The notes under the pieces were generated by a model. It ran no database searches, had not been told where the DNA came from, and was given only the letters and a program-made list of their open reading frames with translations. Source: Raillietiella orientalis (Eukaryota). From it: a stretch of 29,431 nucleotides of DNA. The position numbers were made by a program, and so were the translations under genes. Below are positions 1-9,394 of the stretch, piece by piece (the first letter of the stretch is position 1; every line of letters starts with the position of its first letter). The stretch lies in contig JAYWIR010000081.1 in NCBI GenBank assembly GCA_036172245.1, positions 310,001 through 339,431 on the forward strand. The letters run 5' to 3'.

Positions 1-500
1 GACGGATCAGCGTCGCGAACGACGACTACCACGCTGATCTCGGATTCGCTGGCGGGATCAGCGTTGCGACCGCCGACCGTCGCGCGGATCTCCGAATCTC
101 GGGCGAGATCAGCGCAGCGGATGCCTACCGCCGCGCTGATCCAGCAAACCTCGGACAGATCAGCGCAGCGGATGCCTACCGCCGCGCTGATCCAGCAAAC
201 CTCGGACAGATCAGCGCAGCGGATGCCTACCGCCGCGCTGATTCAGCAAACCTCGGACAGATCAGCGCCGCGACCGCCGAACGACGCGCTGATCTTGGAT
301 TCTTGGGCGAGATCAGCGCCGCGATCGCGGTCGGCAGCGCTGATCTGCAAGGGAAGCGGCGGATCAGCGCTGCGAACAGCCACTAGGCGCTGAACTTGGT
401 AAGCCGAGCGGCATCAGCGCCGCGGATGACGAACGCTTCGCTGATCCATGGCACTACGGACGGATCAGCGCCGCGAACGGCGACCGTCGCGCTCATCTAG
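1..500. repeat. Array A (partial): 51-bp phased inverted-motif array GCGCTGATC/GATCAGCGC
   Basis: GATC cores start at 5, 36, 56, 87, 107, 138, 158, 189, 209, 240, 260, 291, 311, 342, 362, (392), (412), 443, 463, (494), i.e. alternating 31/20 bp with alternating motif orientation. Confidence 0.97.
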
Positions 501-652
501 GATTAAAAAATGTAATCAGAAATAGCATCCTCTTCGAAAGCTTTGACCTTAAACCACCAAGCTTTATGCGCAGCTGCACTCCTAATGGCGCTCAGAAGTG
601 AAAGGATTATAGGGAGAATAGCAGAGAAATTCAAAAGAATTACGTAAGATAC

Positions 653-1684
653 ATGAAGATGGCTACCTTACGTGTGCCCTCTTCCTCATTCGGAAAACAA
701 ACCACTCCTTTCAGTTCTTGTACTCATTCAGGCGTTGTGTGCAAGAAATGTTTTCTCATTCGAATATTCGAAGAAACGAATCCATCTCTTTGCCGCACAT
801 GTCCTCTCAAGAAACGATGCCAGTAGCAGCTAGGCAGTTAATCCCAAATATTTGATGTCCTGCATATAATCCATTCCATTCAAGAGATCACACAATCAAG
901 ACAAGAAAGATCCTTCCGGTAAGAAAGCATTGATTTGTCTTGTGACTTCAACGCAATAGGATGGCACACCATTCATTTGTTTACGCAATTACGAGTTTAC
1001 ACTCAGGTGTTAACAAAAATGTGCGATTCTTTCTCTGCATTAATGTACTCTGATCGATATAATTGTCTCTGGTCGTGCCGGGAAGCTGTCAGAATTCTTA
1101 TTTATAGACTCATCCGTACAAGAGAGAAGCATGCCTCACGTACTATCCAACTTTGCGGTAGTGCTGTGTGTCGCTGTCAATAGAAGAGGATATAGAAAAG
1201 TATAAAACGGCTCATTTCAAGGTGGTTATTGTTTCAAAGTGTGAATGTTACGATGATGCTTTGAACTTCGGTATGATTAACGTTTGAAGTGATTACGGAA
1301 AAGTTTTTCTTTTTAATCGCCAGGGAATAGCACTTAGCAGGAAAGAAAGGCAGAATTCGAAAGTAGTCTACTCATTTATCCGATTCATCAGAGTTTCTTT
1401 CAACGATAATTTAATTGAAATCCTGGAAAATTTACCAGTCAAAGGAAATTAATTATACGTGTTCTAAAGTATAACTGCTTTCGATTGCGCAATGACATTT
1501 CGAAAAATTCACTTTTGTTAGTATGAATCGGCAAAAAAGCAGCTAATTTCTTTTTTTTTGTTACAAAGGCGAATGTCCTCTTGACGCATTGCGGATTTCG
1601 AGGATGTCATTATCGCGAAGTAGCACGAATATGCTTTTCATTTTAGGCAGACTCTGCAAAGGAAACGTAACTAATGAATGTTGA
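653..1684 (+). pseudogene. Stop-interrupted frame ORF1 with N-terminal RING-like Cys/His motif (pseudogene, or gene in a stop-reassigned code); copy 1 has small frameshifts at ~1139 and ~1555
   Basis: ATG at 653 gives MKMATLRVPSSSFGKQTTPFSSCTHSGVVCKKCFLIRIFEETNPSLCRTCPLKKRCQ. The frame continues through TAG 824, TAA 839 and TAA 920 into the supplied ORF 935..1183. Confidence 0.5.
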
Positions 1685-1782
1685 GGCGCAAGGAAATAAG
1701 AAGTAGGTTGATGGTTGGAAAATAACAGTTTCTAATTTGAGCATATCCTGTGATGTAGGGAGATAATTTCCTTTTTAATAAA

Positions 1783-1830
1783 CTTTCTTTCTTTCTTTTC
1801 ATTTTTTCTTTTTTTCTTTCTTTTCTTTTC
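1783..1830. repeat. (CTTT/CTTTT)n polypyrimidine tract (also ~9493-9540, ~17161-17208, ~24746-24783)
   Basis: Directly visible; length and sequence vary between copies. Confidence 0.85.
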
Positions 1831-2004
1831 ATTATAATATACACTGCAATTACAACTTTGCATAATAAGTAGTTGTGTTATGGTCTCTGCATATGCTGCT
1901 CTAAAGCTGCATATCTATAAGGGATTTCATCAATAGCGTGAATCGAAATATGAAATTACAAAACCGAACGTCAAGTGTAGTTTCGAGAGTAATATCACAG
2001 TTGA

Positions 2005-2598
2005 AAGCCTAAAACGAACTGGAAAGGCGAGTTGGTCCATTCCTTGCTCTATCGTGAAGATATTGAAAACGCTTTAGTAAGATGTGCTGGCGAAGGAAAA
2101 TTTTGGTGTAAGACTGATGTAGCAAGTTGTCTACTGGGTTGGTTATTTCGTATGCCAAGAATCGACATCTCCAAACGAAAATAAGTTGCAAACTGCAAAC
2201 AGCGTAATTTTCTCAGGTTCCTTTCATTGTTATGAGATTCTGGGAATTGCAAGTACAAGTAGAAAATACTAAGATGCAGTCGGTCTTCGGTAGCAGTCAC
2301 ATACAATCAAGAGCTTGTAGCATGTGTTGTGTTCAGATGGATGTACACGAATGTAGAGTTCATCGTAACAAAAAGATATAGATTTTTCAGGCGAAAGGAT
2401 TGGAACTCTGCAATATTTTCCGATGGAGTCCAAAACATAATACGCATTCAAAATTGTGTCCTTGAAAATGTGTACAGTTGTACACTGAGGTTATCTATAC
2501 TGCTATTTCTGCTGCATGAACATGATAGCCATGCAACTTTGAATTCAACGCTTTTGTTTATACAAGCTCAAAGAACTAAAATTGTAACGAATTTTTAA
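2005..2598 (+). pseudogene. Stop-interrupted frame ORF2, unknown product (copy 4: 24958-25563)
   Basis: ~197 codons in the frame of supplied ORF 2329..2598 with only three internal stops (TAA 2182, TGA 2233, TAG 2260); reads KPKTNWKGELVHSLLYREDIENALVRC... No start codon or homology recognised. Confidence 0.35.
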
Positions 2599-2650
2599 TA
2601 AATATTGTAACGAAATATTGTAACGAATTTTTAATTTTTAATAATTAAAA
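2581..2650. repeat. ATTGTAACGAA x3 micro-duplication (copies 1 and 2 only)
   Basis: Three copies here and at ~10287-10356; a single copy at ~17913 and ~25533. Confidence 0.9.
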
Positions 2651-2808
2651 AACATTACTCTAGCGAACAAAAATTTCCAACTTCATCAACTCCCAATAAA
2701 TGTATAACGCAGGCTCATATGATCACCGAACTTCTAGCACTTCGTATACCTAAAAGAGGCATACCATTTTGTCTGATCTGTTCAGATACCGCATTTATAT
2801 CTACTCGT

Positions 2809-3246
2809 TTTCTCACCATTCTCGCAATCTTTTTGCAATAATTCTTAAAATCACACCTTAATTTCGCTAAAATACTTCAACTTCCTTTGAATGTTGATTA
2901 GAACCAATAAAAAATGCACGCTGTCCGATTCGTCCATCCCACGTAATTTTTCCAGTCATGTTTTCCATTTTGGACAACGAATTAGCCATTAACCGTTTTT
3001 TCCACAACTACAACCTTCTCTTTTTTCCGCCTCATCCATTGCATTCAGATCATAAAGTCTGATGTTATTTTCTGGTTCCAAATCTAAACTTCCTACCCGA
3101 TCCATCTCATGAATACTCACATTCAATTGGCAAGACGCTGTTACTTTCGAGAAAACATCCATTGCGTGTCTAATGAATACAACATTGCCATTGATATGAA
3201 TCAGCATTATATTAAAAGTTTTACTCCAAGCCGATTGCGAAGCGAT
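2809..3246 (-). pseudogene. Stop-interrupted frame ORF3, unknown product (copy 4: ~25710-26147)
   Basis: Supplied ORF 2989..3207 continues in frame as *WLIRCPKWKT*LEKLRGMDESDSVHFLLVLINIQRKLKYFSEIKV*F*ELLQKDCENGEK. Copies 2 and 3 have a 1-nt deletion at the junction. Confidence 0.3.
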
Positions 3247-5187
3247 TCAACTTTACTTTATAAACTCACATAATCATTCACATAAAACATAAATCATGAA
3301 TATACCGCTTTCGATTTCTAATGCTTCCCTGTCAACAAAGCCATTCGACGTTTGCCAACTCTCCTCACTGGGACATCAACCTCAACTATGATATCCACGT
3401 TATCAACCCATCCATAAATCAATAAGGAATTTTGATTTCATAGAAAATCGTTTACAAGCATCATTCATCTGGAGCAAAGCATAACAAAATCAGTTAACAG
3501 ACATTTAACTCAATTAGAAATATTAACAATATTCTTCTTGACAATCGTTTCACTTACCACTACATACCATACCCGCACACATTTCTTTCACCCTTTATCT
3601 ACCATCTCGCAACCACACCAACACGCAGAAACCAATTCGCTTTTAGGAACCCTGCCATCAATTTCTAACCCATAATTATGATTATCACACCTACTCATCT
3701 TACAAACACTTCTAGAACACCTGCAAGGAATAAGAAAATAATTAGGCCTCCTATTCCTGAATATTTAATCGAAAAAAAAAAACCAATTCCTTAACCTGTT
3801 CAACTTTTTATCCACCTTCTTGCACTGCTTACATATTGGTCCCTATTAATGGAAGATAATTTATGATTCAACGAAGCACCCCCGAATATTCCAGTTGCTG
3901 CCACTATGAGTGCACCTAAAATCCGATACCCATAAACAACTGTTACTACAGCGGGAAACAAAAACCTCCACTTTACTACAACTTCCTATGTATACTACAC
4001 CATTCATGCCAATAAATAATCCTTTCAATAAGAAACTCCAAAGAAAGAAACGTCCACTTAGCCCATAAGTTTGAAATTCTAAATTTCACACAAAACCACA
4101 TTCACTCTTCGACTCATCCTTGAAATTCTATATCCAATACATAGCAATCATAGCTCCATAATTTCAACAAGAGTTTGCATAGAGAAATAGCTGAACATTA
4201 AGAAATACTACCTAATCTAATAAGAAATAATACTTAATGAACAAGAACATTCTTTTCAGAAAATAAATTTTTTACATCAAAGGTGACATCTTACTGTCAA
4301 TGAATTTCCAATTATCCAACATAACTGAAAAAGAAATAATCATTGCATGCCTTATCCACAATACTCTACTTTTACCTAAAAAAAACAATTTAAATGATTC
4401 CAATACTCCTGAGCTTATCATTGACAATTTTATTCATAATGAATTTCTTTCTACAACAAATCAGAAAATTCCAATCCCAACCATCACTTTCACCAACACC
4501 ACAACATATATCGAAACAGAGAAAAGTTGCCATGGTACCACCTATCGTTATTCCCTATAAACGATATGGGCATCAACACAAAAACATCATGATACTAACT
4601 ATTCCAGCTAAAACACACATGACAGAAACACAAAATATTTCCATTCTTCATGTGTAATTTATATCCACTGTTCTCATTCAATCCCTCAACATTACCTGTG
4701 AATATGGATTATAACAGCTAAATCCACTACAACAAACTTCACCACATTTTCTATTTGTATGTATATTTTAATTAAACCGAATAACTCTAGTTTTATAGAA
4801 GACATATAACCGAAAACTAAAATAATCATTTATGGTTGCATTCCACTACAGCTCAGTCGTATTCCAACCCTCAAATATATCGACCACTTCCCAACATTCG
4901 AAAGATTTAACATCTAAAAAATAGTATATCAGACGATTTATAACCGCAGGCTACCATCGACACACCCTATCGTAACCTCATCACCATCCTATATTCTTCC
5001 TCCTATTACAGCTCCCATATGACACATTGATGATTTAGACATGCTCCTTCTGCAATCCACTTGTTGACAAAATATCAACCCATTTCCTACAACATTCGAA
5101 AGACCCACGCTTATCGAAAATAACCTATCAGTTTAATACTAATCCTTCCCCAAAAAACACACCATTCCGCGGCGAAGAAAGTCCGCC

Positions 5188-5914
5188 GCGCTGATCCCGC
5201 CCGAAAGATCGCAGATCAGCGCGACGGGCGATCTCCGCGGCGCTGATCCCGGTCCCGAATCCGAGATCAGCGCGAAGGCAGTAGTCCGCCGCGCTGATCC
5301 CGGTCCCGCATCGGAGATCAGGGCGATGGCGGCAGTCCGCAGCGCTGATCCGTCGCGCCCCGCGGAGATCAGCGGGAAGGGCTAGAGTGCGCCGCGCTGA
5401 TCCTTCCTTCCAGGCCGAGATCAGCGCGTCGGCGGGTGTCCTCCGCGCTGATACTTCCCTCGAGGCCGAGATCAGCGCGACGGGCGATCTTCGCGGCGCT
5501 GATCCCGCTCTCGCATCGGAGATCAGCGCATCGGCGGGATTCCGCTGCGCTGATCCTTCCATCCAGGCCCAGATCAGCGCGACGTTGGGAGGCTGCCGCG
5601 CTGATCCCTTTCTCCACCCCGAGATCAGCGCGACGGCGGGAGTACGACGCGTTGATCGCTCCCTCCACGCGGGGATCAGCCCGACGGGCGAGCTCCGACG
5701 CGCTGATCCCTCCCTCCACGCGGGGATCAGCCCGACGGGCGAGCTCCGACGCGCTGATCCCTCCCTCCAAGCGGGGATCAGCGCGGCAGGTGCTTTCTCC
5801 GGCCTGGATGCCGTCTTTCCTCGCGAGATGGGAGCCACCCAAGGCGTGCGCAGCGCTGATCCCTCGCTGCAACTCGGAAATCAGCGCCGCGCGGGGCATT
5901 CCTTCGCGCTGATC
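5188..5914. repeat. Array B, copy 1: ~14 x 51-bp phased inverted-motif units
   Basis: GATC cores at 5193, 5214, 5245, 5265, 5296, 5316, 5347, 5367, 5399, 5419, 5450, 5470, 5501, 5521, 5552, 5572, 5603, 5623, 5654, 5674, 5705, 5725, 5756, 5776, then one degenerate unit, then 5858, ~5878, 5911. Confidence 0.97.
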
Positions 5915-6275
5915 GCGTTGCACGCGTCCCTGACAGCCTCCGGGTGACGCCGGAAGGCTTCCCCGAGGTTCCGCAGGAACCAAATGCCTTCCGCGAGACA
6001 CGCAACCTTCTCCTTGTACTCACGGGGGGGTTGGCGACGGCCTTCCGGGGGGATACGCTTCACCTGCTCCACCCGACCGAGCTCCCGAGTTGCGGGGCCT
6101 CAATTCCTGCTCCGCCTCCTCCTCGATCCCTCACCACGCGTCGCTCCAAGGCGGGAGGGCGGGCGGCCGGGCGGGATGGAGGAGGAGGTTCCAGGCGAGA
6201 GATTCGAGCGAAGCGGGACGCAATTCCCCCTCGTAAGAGGAGATTTCGCGTTTCCAGTCGTGGAAACGCGAAAAG
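5915..6275. other. GC-rich non-repetitive tail of array B with hairpins and G-quadruplex motif (also ~13547-13895, ~21150-21500, ~28822-29170)
   Basis: CGGAAGGC (5951-5958) pairs with GCCTTCCG (5986-5993) and encloses GGTTCC-GCA-GGAACC. 6115-6130 pairs with 6173-6188 (15/16). Five GGG tracts lie at 6153-6175. Function unknown. Confidence 0.7.
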
Positions 6276-6718
6276 TCAGTTAAAGGCAGTTAATACAAAA
6301 TAAGCAAATGATATTGTAGTACCCAAATTAAATATTCTCGTATACAGTTTAGGGCTCTATCACACATTGCTTCCTACGCATTCCCACCATCAATACTTAG
6401 TCTCCCCTTATAGTTCCTTTCACTTCATTCTCGTATACTTCATTTGATTCTTTCACAAAAGGTAATGTATTTATTATCCTAATGCTGTTCCTCTGTATTC
6501 TTTTCAGTACCTTTCGCTTTTCTGAAAAAAAAAATTAAGTTTCTTTGAATTTCAAACGATAGATTACAGAATTAGATAGTCACAACTGCTGCTATACCCA
6601 TGATGTCGCGACTTATCGAACTTCACAAGAAAGCAACCCGCGATTTGTATTCAAACTTTATTTCGTTCAATTTTCCATTCTCTAATACTTGTGCAATAGA
6701 ATTTATTTTCCATTTCAA

Positions 6719-6795
6719 ATTGCTGATATTGAAATTGCTGATAATTGCTGATATTGAAATTTCTGATAATTGCTGATATAATGTAATTGCTGATA
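6719..6795. repeat. ATTGCTGATA x6 minisatellite (also 14341-14417; single motif in copy 3 at 21943)
   Basis: Motifs start at 6719, 6734, 6744, 6759 (variant), 6769 and 6786. Confidence 0.92.
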
Positions 6796-7640
6796 TACAT
6801 TCCACTTAATACATTGTAGGTAACACATTATTCTTTTTTATGGTGCACTTTACTTTTTAATAAAGGAATCTACGAGATGCAAACATTCAAAAACACATTT
6901 TTTCGTGGATGATAATTTATGAAGCAAACTTCCCTAACAACATTCATTAGCACCGATTCGTACAAGCCTTAAATTACTAGCCCAAAGCTTTTTTCCTCAA
7001 AAGTACATAGCAAACATTGCTTTTTGAATACCAAACCAGAAGCCTGCATTCCAAGTTGATATAACATATATACTACTAGCTCATGTACCACTAGAGTTTC
7101 AAACTGCATAATAATAATTTTTGATAATCGCCAATTCAAAGTGTTTTTCCACGTAAAATGCAATACTGTATCGGCAATTCAAAGATTCATATATACCTAA
7201 TTATTATGATATAAACCAGTTTCCAACTAAAAATCATTTAGAAGAACTTTCGGCGCAGTACCATCCCAAATTTATTACAAATATCTATGGAATACCAAAA
7301 TTTATTTAAAAAAGTTTTCTCTTTTCATGCTTAGAAAATATTTCTTCAAGTATACCTTTTGATTAAAGAGAAAATTTTCTTCATAGTTTCTTTTTTTTTC
7401 TACAATTTTACAAGCTTCTTTCACTATATACATTCAAAGTAATATACCATAGACTGAAAATAAATAAATGTTATAACTATCAATTTGGATTGAATATAAA
7501 TGATGATGTATCCGAATTCCGCTTTCTAGATTTAATATTGATATTGCATTTAAAATCAGGTATAAAACTCTTCTTTCATTAAAGCAAATTATTGAGGTAT
7601 GTCAATGTTTGTTTGTTTCATAATATAATCTGCATCCTCG

Positions 7641-7683
7641 TATATATGCATATATATAGAAATACATTCATATATATGCATAT
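7641..7683. repeat. Duplicated palindromic TATATATGCATAT(ATA) tract just outside array A
   Basis: TATATGCATATA is self-complementary; TATATGCATAT occurs twice here and in copies 2 and 3. Confidence 0.7.
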
Positions 7684-7770
7684 CCGAAACGACGAACCTT
7701 TATCAGCGGGAACGACGCATTCTGCTGCGCGAATCTTCAAATTCGACCACGTATCAATGTGACAATCGTA

Positions 7771-8216
7771 GCGCTGATTGCGGATTAGCGCCGCTATCCA
7801 GGTCGGCCGCGCTGATCTGCAAGTGAAGGATCAGCGTCATGAACGACGACTTCTGCTGATCTCGGATTCGCTGGCGGGATCAGCGCTGCGACCGCCGACC
7901 GTCGCGGGGATCTCCGATCCTCAGGCGAGATCGGCACAGCGGTGCCTACCGCCGCGCTGATCCAGCAAACCTCGAACAGATCCAGCGCCGCAGCCGCCGA
8001 CGCGCTGATCTTGGATTTTTGGGCGAGATCAGCGCCGCGACCGCGGTCGGCAGCGCTGATCTGCAAGGGAAGCGGCGGATCAGCGCTGCGAACAGCCACT
8101 GGGCGCTGAACTTGGTAAGACGAGCGGCATCAGCGCCGCGGATGACGAACGCCCCGCAGATCCATGGCACTACGGACGGATCAGCGCCGCGAACGGCGAC
8201 CGTCGCGCTCATCTAG
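7771..8216. repeat. Array A, copy 1 (degenerate lead-in from ~7686)
   Basis: Same motifs and spacers as 1-500; several small deletions at 7826-8000 disturb the phase. Confidence 0.95.
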
Positions 8217-8368
8217 GATTAAAAAATGTAATCAGAAATAGCATCCTCTTCGAAAGCTTTGACCTTAAACCACCAAGCTTTATGCGCAGCTGCACTCCTA
8301 ATGGCGCTCAGAAGTGAAAGGATTATAGGGAGAATAGCAGAGAAATTCCAAAGAATTACGTAAGATAC

Positions 8369-9394
8369 ATGAAGATGGCTACCTTACGTGTGCCCTCTAT
8401 CTCATTCGGAACACAAACCACTCCTTTAAGTTCTTGTACTCATTCAGGCGTTGTGTGGAAGAAATGTTTTCTCATTCGAATATTCGAAGAAACGAATTGC
8501 AGACGTTGCCGCACATACCAAGAAAGACCCCACGTAGCAGCTAGGCAGTTGCCACCGCGTCCCTCCTAGGACATATATAATCCATTCCATTTCAAGAGAT
8601 CACACAATCAAGACAAGAAAGATCCTTCCAGTAAGAAAGCATTGATTTGTCTTGTGACTTCAACGCAATGGATGGCACACCATTCATTTGTTTACGCAAT
8701 TCACGAGTTTACACTCAGGTGTTAACAAAAATGTGCGATTCTTTCTCTGCATTAATACTTTGATCGATATAATTGTCTCTGGTCGTGCCGTTCAACTGTC
8801 AGAGAATTCTTATTTCTAGACTCATCCGTACAAGAGAAGCATGCCTCAAGGTACTATCCAACTTTGCGGTAGTGCTGTGTGTCGCTGTCAATAGAAGAGG
8901 ATATAGAAAAGTATAAAAGGGCTCATTTCAAGGTGGTTATTGTTTCAAAGTGTGAATGTTACGATGATGCTTTGAACTTCGGTATGATTAACGTTTGAAG
9001 TGATTACGGAAAAGTTTTTCTTTTTAATCGCCAGGGAATAGCACTTAGCAGGAAAGAAAGGCAGAATTCGAAAGTAGTCTACTCATTTATCCGATTCATC
9101 AGAGTTTCATTCAACGATAATGTAATTGAAATCCTGGAAAATTGACGAGTCGAAGGAAATTAATTATACGTGTTCTAAAGTATAACTGCTTTCGATTGCG
9201 CAATGACATTTCGAAAAATTCACTTTTGTTAGTATGAATCGGCTAAAAAGCAGCTAATTTCTTTTTTTTGTTACAAAGGCGAATGTCCTCTTGACGCATT
9301 GCGGATTTCGAGGAAGTCATTATCGCGAAGTAGCACGAATATCCTTTTCATTTTAGACAGGCTCTGCAAAGGAAACGTAACTAATGAATGTTGA
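8369..9394 (+). pseudogene. ORF1 remnant, copy 2 (multiple indels)
   Basis: Homologous to 653-1684; garbled at ~8498-8573 and ~8690-8835. Confidence 0.4.

Larger units (their letters stand above)
501..8216 (+). repeat. Repeat unit copy 1 (boundary set arbitrarily at the end of array A)
   Basis: Colinear with 8217-15878 and 15879-23461. Confidence 0.97.

Noticed and set aside
1..500. Shufflon or invertible-segment system between the inverted motifs
   Set aside because: No spacer is inverted or reordered in any of the eight arrays, and no recombinase gene is visible.
1..500. Bacterial oriC / Dam-SeqA GATC cluster
   Set aside because: The GATC spacing is reminiscent, but there are no DnaA-box clusters or bacterial genes, and the gene-poor tandem context is not prokaryote-like.
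653..1684. Fungal RIP as the cause of in-frame TAA/TAG
   Set aside because: Adjacent arrays retain abundant CpA/TpG and CpG, and inter-copy differences include many transversions.
5188..5914. CRISPR array
   Set aside because: Conserved motifs are only ~9 bp and alternate in orientation. Spacers are 16-17 bp, related to one another and the same in each macro-unit. No cas genes or leader.
5929..5995. Hammerhead ribozyme
   Set aside because: Hairpins are present but the CTGANGA...GAAA catalytic core is not.
5128..6303. Long overlapping ORFs (up to 256 aa) in the GC arrays, with ALI/ADL/ISA/RSA repeats
   Set aside because: They are open on both strands in several frames because the sequence is GC-rich with a 51-bp (17-codon) period. 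Starts, ends and frames differ between copies.
6623..7163. Short minus-strand ORFs (60-64 aa) and other short AT-rich ORFs such as 4300..4560 and 4394..4657
   Set aside because: Short, no recognisable motifs; they derive from the minisatellite or skewed composition and are not consistently preserved across copies.
501..8216. rDNA, 5S, histone or spliced-leader tandem unit
   Set aside because: The unit size is suggestive, but I found no conserved SSU/LSU/5S sequence, histone ORF or tRNA/snRNA signature.
5140..8221. TAATCCT...AGGATTA terminal inverted repeat
   Set aside because: Only 7 bp, out of register with the array phase, broken in one copy (AGGATTG at 23460), and no target-site duplication.
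6280..8429. Kolobok/piggyBac-type TTAAAGG...CCTTTAA ends
   Set aside because: The match does not extend beyond 7 bp, and the right site lies inside ORF1 and is absent in copy 1.
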